The notes beneath the pieces were generated by a model that had not been told where the DNA came from, searched no databases, and worked only from the letters and a program-made list of their open reading frames with translations. Both the position numbers and the translations under genes were made by a program. Shown here in pieces: positions 38,600 through 51,249 of a stretch of 64,000 nt of DNA. The DNA is from Raillietiella orientalis (Eukaryota): contig JAYWIR010000028.1 of NCBI GenBank assembly GCA_036172245.1, positions 2,542,001 to 2,606,000 on the forward strand. The letters are read 5' to 3'. Position 1 is the stretch's first letter, and the number at the start of each line of letters is the position of its first letter.

Positions 38600-40600
38600 G
38601 ACTTCCTGACCTGCGATCTTCTTGAGCTTGAGATTTTCGGTGCTTGGAGCGGTGTTTTGGGCGAATAGAAGTCCGGGAGTCCTGCCTTCGGTTAGTCACT
38701 GGTCAAAAGCCACAATCTCTAACAGATGCAGAGAAGATGCTCTGCAGCCGATTGAAAAGAACATCTCGCTGGCGGTGGTGGTCGGACATCATCCTGTGTT
38801 GGTTGCCGCTGCTGAGCGCAGGGCCATTCCCAGAAGGTTTCCTCTGCCGCTTAACATTCTACTACTGCTTCGAGCAGACTGAAATTCTGAGACTTTCAGT
38901 AAAGAGATGGCGAAGCCCACTGTCAGGTTCCCTGTGTCTGTCAGAGGTTTCAAGGTCATCCGCAGCCGTTCAGAACAGATTGGAAGAAGCAGCCTTAAAC
39001 TTGAACTGGAGAAGATTCACCTCTCGCTCCTTTTTTCGAAATGGGGAACAATCCAAGAAATGCATGGCAAATGAGATGTTCCCGATGCTGAAATCAAAGT
39101 AGTGCTCACGAAGGATCTGTGGATCTAACTGGGGACCTTCAAGAGGTTCCCTAAAAATGGTCTTGCTCTTCCAAAGCTCCCATAAATTAGTAGCAAGCTG
39201 AGCAAATTGATATTGCCGTGGAGCACCAACTGATTTCCCGGAAACCCTCTTGGGGAACTGAAAGTCAAAGGAACCCTATGACCTTAGGGAATTTCCGGTA
39301 CAAGCACTGGGATTCCTTTGCTCTTTTGCCTTTCCCCTTTTCCAGCCCCTTACTGCTTCCATTCCGAAATTCTTTTTTCTTTTCGAGAAAACCACCGTCC
39401 ACGCTATTGGCAGCAGGTCCTCAGAAAGTGGATGCCCCAACACCAACCAAGGAGCGTTCCGTAAATGTTGCTGATAGGTTGCTGCTGCTTCTGGATGCTC
39501 TAGGAAAAGATAGTGAGAGAGCAAAATTTCCGACACTGTGCAGGCAGGGTGGAAGTTCCCTTCTTTTTCAAAACATGCCGATTTCTGGTGATCTCCTCGG
39601 CAGCATCAGATCTTCACGTTCCCTCGAGAGCCGCATAACTGGTGCTGCAGAGACTGGAATCACTCAGGAGTAGAATTTTCCCCTCGAAGGGGGTGACTCA
39701 TACCTCACATCTCCGGTCCCGAGTGGGGCTGCCTGTTGCCGACCATCCCAAGTTTAAAACGGCGGGCCGTGAAAAATCACCGGAACGCACGCGAATTTAA
39801 GATCACGCTTTGAAGAGAAAATGAACCAAGGCGTGGTCCGTGACCTCGGAAATCCCACACCAATTCATGAATGAACGCGATTCGGATCCGCGCATCCCGT
39901 GAAGACGTGCCCCTCCACGTTCTGAACACGCACACATCCCTTGCATAGGCTGTAGTAGGCCTCCCCACTTCCGCGTGGCGATCGTCGAGCGTTCCCTAGC
40001 AATCTTCCCCTTTTTTGTCTCCTCGCTTTCCGATCTCTCGTCGGGAACTTCGTTGTTTCAACAACCCTTCTATCGATTAGGCAGGAAACAATCGATTCAG
40101 TGCGCTCGTTGCTGATACAATAGAAGAACGATTGGGAATTGAGGAGAGATGAAATGAGCTGTTGCAGTGAAACTCGGAAGGATAGCTCCGGGTGCTTTTC
40201 CCGGGAAACGACTGAAGGAGCCGGTGGCAAAGCTTCTGTGGGTTCTCGTTCTCCCTACTCCACTCCCTTCTGTGCAGAGCATGGAGTAACTTTGAAGAGA
40301 AAGGTGCGTTGCTGAGGATTGCTTTGAGGATCCCATCGCACGTTGCCATGGAGTTATTGAAATGTTGTGCATCATACTGCGAGGGCACTGCTCGTTTTCG
40401 CACACGCTCTCGCTTATTCTTCTTCATCGCTGTCAGTATGGATCCAATAAACCCCTTTTCGAGTGAGATGGGCTTTTTGCATTGCTGGGAACAGCACGAA
40501 AGCGAAGAATTTTCCTCGCGTTCTTCTGCTGTTTTGCTTGCGTGCCAATTAAAAATGCTACTCGGCTTCACCTCGCGGGAAGAAGCGAAGTGACCTATCC
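38600..40600 (-). mobile_element. Possible decayed Gypsy RT fragments (probably two pieces)
   Basis: LQSFPG (cf. LQSFLG, ~40205), STTLISASG and FFQSVL (~39000-39100); weak. Confidence 0.3.
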
Positions 40601-41949
40601 TTTCATCAGAAGCATTTCTTCTGAAGATGCCAAGTCATGTAAAGAGCAGAAGCATTCTTCTACTGATTTTCAAAAGAGCAGGCGTTGATGGTTTAGTAAA
40701 GATGGATCCTCCTGCAAACACGCTCGCCGTCGCCACCGGAAGAGCTTTTCGAAACTGTGCCAGATCCCGTGCCCACTAGTGGACCGAGATTCCCTTCGTT
40801 AAAGGTAGACCGTATGAAGGGAATCGTTATGCATTCCAGGAAGTGACCAGAGAATCGACGGGGTGCCTGTTTATGCGGAAGGGACTGACCACCTGTCGCA
40901 GAGGTTGAGGAGGTGCACAGCGCTGACGGCATCGAAAAGTCTAGTCCCCATTGGGTAGAGGGAGGTACCACTCACCCCAATGCCGATGAGGATGTCTGAG
41001 TGGCTTCACCTAGGAACAGAATGAAAGTGGAATAACTGTCTCACACGTTTGATATGAGCCAGTTATGCAGAGGTCACAAGTGAGCAACTGATCACCCATT
41101 CCCATCTTCCCTACAAAGGTCCATTCGATTCTGGCATTTATTTTTATTTTAGTTCTCTCTCAACCCCGTTGCAAATCTCATTGGAAATCGACCAGCCAGA
41201 TGCAAGCTGGACTTTAAAGTCACCTAAGATCATTCTACTTTGTTTGTTTATCTTGCTTGGTCATTGCACGTCGGTGATTAGAACGAACGCCCGGACGTGA
41301 CCTTTTCATCTCAGATAGCCGAGCCATTCATTTAAAATAAACAAATAAATAAAAACAAGTGGCGTTAAATACCGATGTGTACCCACAGAGGTAACCCTCA
41401 CTGGGGTCAGAAGTAGGAAGGAGTGGAAAAAGGAGACGACGGAAGGAAAGGGAAATGAATAAACAAAAAGGAAATGGGGTGGACTGGACTCTCGGTACTC
41501 ACCATGATTCCCGAATCCGTTCATCGGATTGGAAATGGATGAGAGGGTGCTCATTGGTGTCGGTATAGTCTGTCCATAACCACCAGAAGGTTATCTTGAA
41601 CCTTCCCTTGAACTCTGGATTGTGGGCGTGCTTCTTGGATGAAACTTCGGTCTACAGATAGGAGGTGTCACTCCGTTTCCATCAGGTCAGGTCGTTTATT
41701 TCTTGGAAAAATGAACTTCCAAACAACTCTGAAACGAGTTCCCAATGGTTTGGAAGTTCATTTTTGGAAGAGAAACAGCTGTAAGCCCACGGGGAGGGAT
41801 CATCGAGACTCAGGTCGAGAACAAGCCGACTCCGGATCGGGAGGAAAGGGACAATAAGAGATCGGGGAGAAGGAATGGGGATGCTTTGAACAGGGATTTT
41901 GCTTCGCTGTGGTGCACTTCTTCTCCGTTACAACCTCCTCAAAAGATCA

Positions 41950-42480
41950 GGTGAGTTCCATGGGGATTTCTTTAGGCAGGTGGGGGTCACCTCTCTATCC
42001 TCATGAAGAAGGCAGCTAGACGAATGACTTCCTGTTGCCACGAGCGGAGCTTCAGCACAACACGAGGTGTCCTCCGTCGAACAGAAAATGCCTTGGACCA
42101 CGACGCAGTAGATGTTAATTGCACGGCAGATCCTTCCGTCAGGAGCACTCCCGATGAGATCGCCTACCACTGTGGTGAAAACAGGTTCAGACGGCGGAGG
42201 AAAGATGTCTTTGCTAGCCTTTACTGCCAATGGAGACTCGACGCAGATCTGCCTCGAGACGAAAACTAAGGAGATGCCCACCATCTGTACCCTGTCCTGA
42301 TACGAATGCAAGCAAAGCTGGAATATGCTGTACAGTAATCGTGAACTCCTGTTAGGAATAAGGTCTTCGAAGTTGTCAGGAAAGTCAGTTCACATGATAA
42401 AATCAGTGAAAATTGAAGTGGAGGGGAGAGGGAGGACCATTTCGACCGGCTGCCAGGATCCCTCATCCACGGTGGCTTCG
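41950..42480 (+). mobile_element. Decayed Gypsy RT N-terminal fragment
   Basis: RSPTTVVKTGSDG (cf. ASP.V.VKK.DG), MPTI, KVF. Confidence 0.35.
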
Positions 42481-42485
42481 CCCAC

Positions 42486-42590
42486 GTTGGAGGCCATGTG
42501 GTTGCGGTCTCCACGCGTGGCACCAAGCGTCGAGGGTTCGAGTCCCCCCTCAAGATGACGCTGGTTGGCCTATTCGGGTGCAGCACTTGT
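42486..42590 (+). mobile_element. SINE-like element copy D (head only, single B-box)
   Basis: TTGGAGGCCATGTGG..GGGTTCGAGTCC..GATGACGCTGGTTGGCCTATTCGGGTGCAGCACT. Confidence 0.85.
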
Positions 42591-42655
42591 TGACACCTAG
42601 TTGCGCCGGGGCGTTTATTTATAAAAAATAAACATTACCAAAATAAACAAAAACC
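42591..42655 (-). mobile_element. Extreme 3' end of the Tx1/L1-like LINE, joined to SINE copy D
   Basis: Minus strand AATAAACGCCCCGGCGCAACTAGGTGTCA, followed directly by the SINE target site as at 16710-16753. Confidence 0.75.
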
Positions 42656-43849
42656 CGGGTGAAAGCTCATCTCTCTTCGACATCAGGTATTCCCGCTCTC
42701 GTCGTCCCTCCCGGTGGAAATTCGCTCGCTTCGTCCGTCGGTCGCGCTCCGCTTTCCATCGTCCCGCAACCGACAGACGGCTCCAGGAGCGGAGCGCTCT
42801 CTTCCAGGTGCCCTTCGGGAATGGTGGCACCTGGAAGAAAGCGTCTCCGCGTCTCAAATCAGTCCGCTGCTTCATCCCGCGTCCCGGCGCGCGGAGGGAG
42901 GGAGAGGAGGGAGACAGCTGGCCACTTCGCGTCCTCCCTCCCCCACACCGCGAACGGCAGGGCCCCGCCGCTGAGACTCGCGCGGCGCGCGGGCAGCCCG
43001 GCACCTCATGGACGCGGCGTCGCCCCAGTCGGGCTAAGCTGCTAAGAAAATTTATGGGGACCGAGCTCCCCTCCTCCTCCCCCGTCTCCAATGGCAGCTT
43101 GTTGACAGCTCGCTTGCGAAAGCTAATAAAAGCGAAATTTTCCTGTAGCATAATGGGGACGGAGAAGGGGGGAGGGAACTTCTTTTCCACTGGTTCTGCG
43201 GACCGAGGAGAGAGGTTCGGGAATCGGACTGATAGAGGGCCGCCGGCTATTTGCCATGAGATCCGATAGGAGCGCGAATGCAGTAAGCCACTGCTAGTTA
43301 GCTGAGGACTCCTGGGTCATTCCTGCCTGCCTGGGTGCCTGAGAAAGTTAGGGGAATCCCATCCTTCACTCTCCCTCCCCCTCACCTTCCTTGTGCAGCG
43401 TTAGCCATGCCCAAATGAGAAAAGATGACTTGCGAGGGTCCCAACATCCTTGCTAGGGGGAGGGAGAGAGATAGAAGGAGGACAGAAGCTCATTACAGGA
43501 GAGAACAGGAATGCGCATTTTCTTGCCGATAAGGACATCTGCATCCTACCCCAAGGTCTTTGATGTTCTCATTAAAAGCATCATTTGAGATGTGTGCGTA
43601 TCTTAAAAGAATAGATCACCCCATTACACAGTAGCTAGCTGCTGCTTTGCATCCAATTAAAGTGGAATGATCTTCATTTTCAAGCACATGAGAACTTTTG
43701 CTTCGAGGGAAATTGTTACACCTTTCACGAAATCTGTATTTCGAATTCTTCTTTCCTTGAGAGCAACTGGAGGATAGGGGCATGCCGCGAAGAGAGGAGG
43801 GAAGGGGGGGCGATTAAGAAAGTATCACATAGTGATACGTGCAACCGTA

Positions 43850-44500
43850 AGAAAGCAATGAGGGAAGGGGAACAGCGTCGCTCCGGGGGTGCCAAGGCTT
43901 GCGAGCTCTTCGCAGCGACTCCTGCGTTCGAGTCTCGGCGCCAAGGACAGCGCCATCCAAACGCATCCCCCTCTTTCTGGAGCTCGTCGAGGTGTTGACC
44001 AGGTGGGCCATCATCCGCACTTCTCCGGGATTTCGATCCTTCATCTCTGAAATTCCGGCTCGTCCGGGAAGCGAAGCGCCCTGAGGAAGAGCTCGCGGTG
44101 CGGCGGGCGGTGGTCTCGGGAGAAACTCGGGAGAACACACGTCGGGGCCAACAGTGGGAGAGCTGCAGCGGGAAACGATTTTCCCCGCATGGAGATGCAG
44201 GCCACAGGGCTTGTTTCCTCTACACAGGATCGCGATGTTCTCTCAATCCTCTCTTTGCAAGGGTCCCGGCTCTACAAGCGAGACGAATCTCATAAAAAGA
44301 GCTCCTCGCAAGCATCTGAACCCGGTTCCTTCCAGAGAGAAAGAGAATCGAACCTAAAATGTCTTCCAGCTACAATGTTCTGGAATGTTCTGAGCAGATG
44401 TGTGGGACATGAAGATGCGGAAGCAAATTTCCGGCATGACTCCTTCCTTCCGAAAAATCCGACACTGAAAGATTCAATTTTGCCGTGACTGCGATTCTGA
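43850..44500 (+). mobile_element. Decayed Gypsy integrase core fragment
   Basis: LFLELVEVLTRWAI (cf. Y.LV.VD..TRW..A) and AVVSGE (cf. IVSD). Confidence 0.35.
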
Positions 44501-45002
44501 GAATCAATTTTCCAACATCTTCCACTTGGCAGTCCTTTCACTCTGAGTTCTTTGGGACAAACGATAAGACATTTCTGATACAGGGACGAAGAGACTGATA
44601 ACATTCCTGATACAGGGACCAAGAAATTGGAATGAATCCGTCAGCATGAGAATTCGGGGTTTGAGCCATTCCTTTCGAAGAGAAGGGTCCTTTTTTCCCT
44701 CTCTCTCTCTGTCTCTCTTTCCCCCTCTTCCTTCAGTGGTCTCAGGGAACGATTTACCTTTTGCGCTGTCGATCTGGATCAAAAGACCCGAAGAGAAAAA
44801 ATGAGTGACATTAAGAGGTGTAGCGCGTGGCTTCCATGAAAACCCGACCGGAACTGCATTGATCAGGTGATCGACTCCACAAACCGAAGAAGCCGTGGCG
44901 ACGAAAGGAGATGGTGAGGAATTTTGTGGTAATTTCCTGAGAGGAGTAAGACTCTGCTCCTTTATCTTTTGTTCAGCATTGAACGCGCGAAAGCTGCCAC
45001 AG

Positions 45003-45516
45003 CGGCGCAGCTTCCCAGAGAAAATTCCAGGAGAGCTGCACCCTAAAAGTTCTCAATAACCCTTGAAGGCTGTTCGATCATCCTTTCGGGAGACACACAA
45101 AGAGAGGTAGCGGTAGGGAGTGGAGGATCTTTCCACAGGTTCCGTCGATTCTTCTATCTCTCCCTCTTTGCTTGCCATTGAAGAGCTGTTGCATGGCGGA
45201 TGTTCAGGAACGGGTATGTTCCATAGTTTGGTGAGGGACTAGAGTTTGCTTTCCAGGAAGCCAAAGGCCTCCAAAGAATGACGAGACAGAAACTTTAGAC
45301 TGACTGCTGCAGCCATGGATGAAGTAAGAAAAGCAAGTGATTATTTGCCGTCCCAAAGACTTCGTTTCAGACGGCGCAGCTTCCCAGAGAAAATTTCAGG
45401 AGAGCTGCATCCCAAAAGTTTTTAATGGACTCTCGAGAGCATTGGTTCGATCATCCCTTCGGGAGGCGCATAAAGGAATTTAGCGGCGTGGAGCGAGAGA
45501 TCTTTCCACAGCTTCC
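45003..45516 (+). repeat. Diverged direct repeat, ~140 bp (45003-45143 and 45372-45516)
   Basis: Both copies begin CGGCGCAGCTTCCCAGAGAAAATTYCAGGAGAGCTGCA and end GATCTTTCCACAGSTTCC; offset 369 bp. Confidence 0.9.
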
Positions 45517-45849
45517 AATCATAAGCAAATTCTGAAAAAAAAATAAAAAACAAACGAATGCTGTGGAAAGTGTAGTGACACTCGAAGGACACAGAAGGAA
45601 CTCTTGGAACAGCTCCTTGCTTGTTTGATGCAGAAAAGAAAAAGCATCTGGAGCTTTGCAGAAAGCTTGGCAACTATCGAGAAACCAGAGAACAACGGAA
45701 CAGAGAGATGCTGGATGATGCATCGTTACGCTGATCCAAAATGCATCGAATTCACAGCAGATGAGACAGAAAGCTTCGAGCTGATTTCCATGACGCTTCC
45801 TTTCTCAAGATAAGAAGTTTTTCCCGCTCCTCAGCATCACCGTTATCAT

Positions 45850-46450
45850 CCGCGTTACCAAGCAACCTCCGAGAGTCCACCCTCCACGCCCTTCCACATC
45901 GAGAACATGGTGCGTGGAAACGGCTGTTCCCCCGCGAATTTCCGTAAGAGCTCTCTTTCCACTTCGAAATGTGCTGTACATCCTAAGCGTTCTTGGGAAT
46001 GGGGGACCAACCCTCGGAAACCGCGATTGAGGATGGGAGGAAATCTGATAAGGAAGGAGAAGCAGACTCGTATAAAGGATCCCGGTTCTTCCACAGTCAA
46101 AAGCTCTACGTTTGCAGAGTCGTCATCGCGACGGACGCGGCTCTACCTATCATTGGCACTCCGGTCACATTTATCGATCAGCGTCTCTTTTGTGCGAGAC
46201 ACGTGCCTCGCGCCAATCTGCTTCCGCTGCAGCTGGATGGCGGCAGTTACTCCCGACTCCCCAGTCTGCTGTCCTCCGGCCCTCTCCAAGAGCAAGTTAC
46301 GGGAAAAGCGCATCATCACCGAGATGGAATTTTTTTTCACTCTTCGGGAAGTCTCCTCGGAATCCAAAGGAGGCGGATGTTTTCCTCGTAGCAGATGGAC
46401 AGGCCGGCATGGGAACTTTCATCTTGAGAGCGTTCCCATGCAACCCAACC
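45850..46450 (+). mobile_element. Decayed Gypsy RT-RNaseH fragment
   Basis: KRSWEWG and VVIATDAALPIIG (cf. VLATDAS..GIG). Confidence 0.45.
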
Positions 46451-46599
46451 ACCAGCAGGTTATAAATAAAAACTCATGCGCAGCGAAATGCATAAAATAA
46501 ATACCGGGCACCTCGGGCGAGGTTCCACTCCGGGAAGACTTTCCTGGATCGCCCGCGATCAGTGAAATTCGCGACCCGTGAATCCTCTGGAAGCAAGCC

Positions 46600-47350
46600 T
46601 CCGGAGGCGTAACTCGAAGTCCGAAGTGCAGGGGTGCACTTCAAGGAGGAACATCCCAAACTCCTTCACGGAAAATCACGCAGAGCATCGATCTCCCCTC
46701 TCGGCCCGCAGAGAGGACGGCGTTTCGATGCGGCCTCTTCCCAGGAAGGTGCTTTCTCATTCCCGCAAGGGGGCGCGCTCGCCTTGCTCGAGGGTTTCAT
46801 GGGAGCAGCGCGGGGCTCGGGACACACCTGGGTGCCCTCGGCTGACGGCCCTGTGGGAGCCCTTGTGGCAGCAGCGTCGCTCGCAGAGAAAGGCGTGAAG
46901 TAAGGCGGCGACGCTTTGTCGTGGAAAGCCGAGACTGAGCTTCCGGCAAGCCTTTCGCAGCAGGAGCCGACGGATCGCATCCGACGACAGCAAGAGCTTC
47001 GAAACGGTCTTTCCGAAGAAACGAGTCAAAGAGACTGGAATCTTCGAAGTCGAGTCGAAGGCTGACTGAGATCCGCTAACTAATGGATGGGGCAGCAAGG
47101 CGCGCGCGATGATAGCAGGCCAGAGATGAACCTCTGGTCTTTGGATGGGGGAACCCATCCGCGCTGTTTATTTTCCGCTTCGCGCGGAAATTGAAATTTC
47201 TTTAAATGAAACCTTCAGTTCGGAGGGTCGAGTTGGTCCCATCCCTGCGAGGAAACTTCGTCGCCTTACCTACACCCACCTGATTCCATCACGTATCGAC
47301 CTCTCCGCCAGGCCCTAGAAGCGAAAAGAAATCTTGGCGTACACCTATTC
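46600..47350 (-). mobile_element. Decayed non-LTR reverse transcriptase fragment
   Basis: QSAFDS..RFFG (cf. KAFDSV), LGFPRQSVAALL (cf. GVRQG..LSPLL) and SAEGT (YADD position), in order. Confidence 0.45.
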
Positions 47351-47899
47351 CGACCACTCTTCGTCATCGAAGAAGTTGGCCTCCTACCATTTACTCTTTA
47401 CACAACCCTTAAGCTTGCTTCTTTTTTTTTTATAAGTTGTAACGATCCGTTTTAGTTTGAATTTTCTTCACTGTAATCCACTAAATAAATGAAAACAGTA
47501 AAAAGAAAATTTTACTTTTCGTTTTTTGTATTTTTTTTTTCTTTTTTGTATTTTTTTCCACAGCGTCCATTTCTCCGTTGCGATCTGAGGTTCTAATCCA
47601 GTAAATTCGAGCCGAAGAAGGCACCCAACACGGGGATGCTCTCAAGACGAGATCCTGAAGCGAGAGGATGGCATCGTCTGCTTCGGCAGAAGCAGATGAA
47701 AGCACTCGAAAGACAGAGCATAAACAGGACTTGTCGGAAGTTCCGAGCAAGCGTGCAGTAGCTGAAGACAAGCTGGAATCTCCATCACGGAGATTCCAAA
47801 TAAATGTGGCCTTTAGAAGATAGTTTGGGGTGAATGAGTCGGGGCAAACAGCCCTGGAGCTTTACATCTGATACTGGATGGAGGCTGGAGTACTGCACC

Positions 47900-48800
47900 G
47901 GGTTCGATCTCGTGAGTTTTGATGAACATAATCCCAGGGAGCACATGTTGTTCGCAGCATCATTCGATAATCGCAGCGGAGCATGCTGATAAGTTCGCTG
48001 ATTTTTGATTCTGCAACGCAAGGATGGACAAAGGAAGGGCTTGTGATGAAGAGAGCTCGCTGGTAGATCGTCTGCCGTGAAAAGAATGGTTCCCACCGAT
48101 AAGTTTGTGAAGAGAATAAAATAAAATGAAAGCTCCGGGCTCCTTGGATCTCGTCATATGAGACTTGGACCGTGGTCAAAAATAAGTTGAGTGGAAAAGC
48201 TCTGATCCCATTTTATCATCATCCACGCTTCCTAAATATAGATGGGTATGCGAGAAGCAACTGTTGCTACCAATATATTTGACTTAATGGTGGCAACAGA
48301 CCCTCCGAATGGCTAAGAATGGAGCAAGGGTTGCCAGGGAATGCAATTCGGTTTTGGCCATCCTTCATATCCAAGTGCTTATTTTTGGATCTGTTCCTCG
48401 ATGGTTTCCAAGCAACAAACATGAGTGAGTAAATTGTGCAGAAGACAGCCATCTGAAAATGCTTTCCGGAAAAGGAAGCCGAGTAAGTAGAAGAAATGAC
48501 AGCATCATGGACCAAGAACGAACAAAGGAGACTCTTCCCAGGGTTTTAACAGATAGCACCAAAAATTTCAGTTTGCGCAGGAAGCTTGCGGGCTGCACAT
48601 CAGCAGAAGGATGGCATTGCTGTCTTGCTTGCACAAGCAAGAGAGGCACATACGCCATCTTGCACGGAGGGAGCATACAGGATGGCATGTGATACACGGG
48701 ATGCTCTCTGCCAACGTTTGCTATGGCACACATCTCTTCTTGTCAGAAAGCAAGGACAAAAAAAAAGGGCATGGCGTTTATGAAAAGCTGCGATTCGGGA
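47900..48800 (+). mobile_element. Possible decayed Gypsy RT-RNaseH fragment
   Basis: IVCREKNGSHR (cf. VVV.KKDGS.R) and DGIAVLLAQ (cf. GIGAVL.Q). Confidence 0.35.
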
Positions 48801-49059
48801 GTAGGTCGCGGATTCTCGCAGTCCATATGCAGCCAAAATGAATACCGATGCTCGCATCTTGAGGAGGCGGGGGAAAAAAACATACAGTCGCAGTCTTCTC
48901 TCAGCAATGAGCTCCCCGCGTCGAATCTTCCCAGAGCATCCCCCTCCCGTTCTTCTGAAAATTCCTCCGTTTCTGATCCTCTTTTCCGAAAACAGGCTTC
49001 CCTCTTTTTCTGCTTCTTTGTCCGTCGCCTTTTCGGAGACGAACGCGCTTTGTGAGATG

Positions 49060-49350
49060 TTTGAGAGGATGCCACCCTCAGCATCCGCTTGCGGAACCGA
49101 GAGCCGCGGGTTCGAATCCCCTGAAGGCGATCGACTTCCGAATTCGGATGAGCCGCATGTTTCGAGCCCCTAAGCAAGATGACGCTGAGTTGACTCCAGG
49201 CTTCAGGTGTGCATGGATAGGGCACCGCGGTGTGCACCTGCTGCGCTCCGATGCTCTGTTGACTAGCCAAGCTTGGGAGAGGACCCTTCAGCGTTCTCTC
49301 CGGGAAATACGAGAGCGGTCTCTCCTCTTCGTGAGCACCTCCGACGCGCG
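49060..49350 (+). mobile_element. SINE-like element copy E (head plus start of body)
   Basis: GCGGGTTCGAATCCC (~49106), TTTCGAGCCC and AAGATGACGCTG, then sequence matching the reverse complement of 13553-13640. Confidence 0.75.
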
Positions 49351-49428
49351 ACAGTGGAAGAGCCATGGCAATGCTGTCAAGCCGCTCTGACACCCGTAGG
49401 GCACCGTTCCACACCACCGGGGGGTGCT

Positions 49429-50697
49429 TGTTAACTCCTCAAGATAGAGGGTTCCCTGGGGGAGAACCACCTTATGAATCCAAAAATGGCTCCGGAAGAG
49501 GGGGTCCGTTCCTTTCACGCCTAAGAGGGTTCCCCGAAACGACCCTTCCACCCTCGTTGTCTCTGATCTCCACCCGGATACGCGGGGAGTTTATTGAAAT
49601 TTAAAAGAAACAAATTGTGGTAGAACACGTGGTCCTACCACACTCCGTTTGTCCATGGACATTCCGGGTCGCCGGTGAGCGGACCGGCAGGGCCTACCTC
49701 GGCAGCAGAGGGGAATGGGAGAAAACAAAAAGAAAAAGAAAGAGTAAATAAAAATAAACAAATAAAAAGCTTTGGGAGGATCGGGAAGAGATCACTGTCC
49801 ACTGCATCCTTTCCAGGATGCCACCTAGGTCGGTCCGAATAGGCCCCAGGTGTAGGCCATCTGGCTGCTATCCGCACAAAGCGAACTGCGAACTGGACGG
49901 CGGCCCTCTCGTTTCCTCCTCTGTAGGCTTCGCGCTCCAGGCCGCCACAATCTCGTGGATGCAGCAAAGAGCTGCTAGTGCTGCGGCTGGCTGCAGCGCG
50001 TCCCGCACAAAGAGAAGCCGTGAAACGCCCCTGCGGGTGTCAACCGGTATCTGGAGGGTCGTTCTGAAACGTTCCTATAGGGGTCGGAAGGCAACATAGT
50101 CCACGAGCAGGTGCGGAAGGGATTCCCGTTCCCCGCACTGAAACGGTCCAGACTCACTCTCCCCAGCGTCTCCGAAGGGAACCCCGAAGAGATCCTCTTC
50201 CTTATTCTCTCTAGAGAGACCCTCCTAAGGGATCCGCTCCTGAAATTTCTTCTTCGGAGGGAGTCCACCGCTCCTTGTTGCTCCTCTGAAGAGAACCCCG
50301 AAGGAACGCTCCCAAATTTTTCTGAAGGACGCTCCCCGAAGGCGGCAGCGCGCTTCTTACACTCTGGAGAGTCAACCCCTCGAAAGAGAGATCAACCAGC
50401 TCTATAGTACGCCATGGTACGGCTTCATTTTCACCACCGGAGAGGAATCCCGAAGGGAACCATCTCCTTGATTCCTGAGAGGATCCCGGAAGGTCAACTT
50501 TCAATCCCGGCCAGTCAAGGAGGACATCCGCTTCCACTGGTGCATCCGAAACCTACAGACCAACCAGTATCACTATGCCGGGGGACTCGAAACCTACGAC
50601 GCACTCCCCATTTTTGGCGTCGATGCTTCGCGTGGGGATTCGTGCCCGCAGCGCTCGGTACCACGCTCAGGGGCCTCAGCCACGCGGCCGCCATTAT
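49429..50697 (-). mobile_element. SINE-like element copy F (49429-49570 plus 50150-50697), interrupted by a LINE 3' fragment
   Basis: ACCACCTTATGAATCCA shared with 13200; array units collinear with 13255-13600; tRNA-like head at 50560-50697. Confidence 0.85.
49571..50150 (-). mobile_element. 5'-truncated copy of the Tx1/L1-like LINE
   Basis: Minus strand encodes CGERESLPHLLVD..AALAALCCIHEIVAAW; T-rich 3' UTR; terminal AATAAACTCCCCGCGTATCCGGGTG (49571-49595). Confidence 0.85.
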
Positions 50698-51249
50698 GGG
50701 CTTCTAGAGGGAATTCTAGACCATTTGAAAAGAAAAAAGAAAATGAAAAAAAAAAGATCGAGGAAAAACGTAGAAAGCAGCAAAAATGAATCAGTATTTT
50801 TAGATCACTAGTAACGATCTTTTCTGAGGTCACTACTGATCTTTAAAAACAAAAAAAAAAGCAAAAAATAAAGAAAAATAAAAGTCAGGGATCTCCATGG
50901 ATGTCGTGAACTGGAACGATCCGCGAAAGCCTCTTCGAAAGAACGACCTAATGCAGTCAAAGATGCAGCTGGGACCTGGAGGTGGCTACTGCCCTGGAGC
51001 GCGAGCCTCCTCTTATTTCAAAGTGGCGATTCCCTTTCCTCTCCTTGCTGAGAAAAACTGCTTCATCCTGCCAAAATAAAAACAAACACGAACACTTTGA
51101 AAAGCAAACGAAAACGAAACAGTCGACTTTCTTGACTGGTACAGTGCTCTCCCTCAGGAAGACGCTCCGGGCTCTTCAATTGCAGCACGGGTACGTCCGC
51201 ACCAGACCCTCTTCCAGAACGAGTGGAGTCAGGTGCAGAGAGTAGTGAG

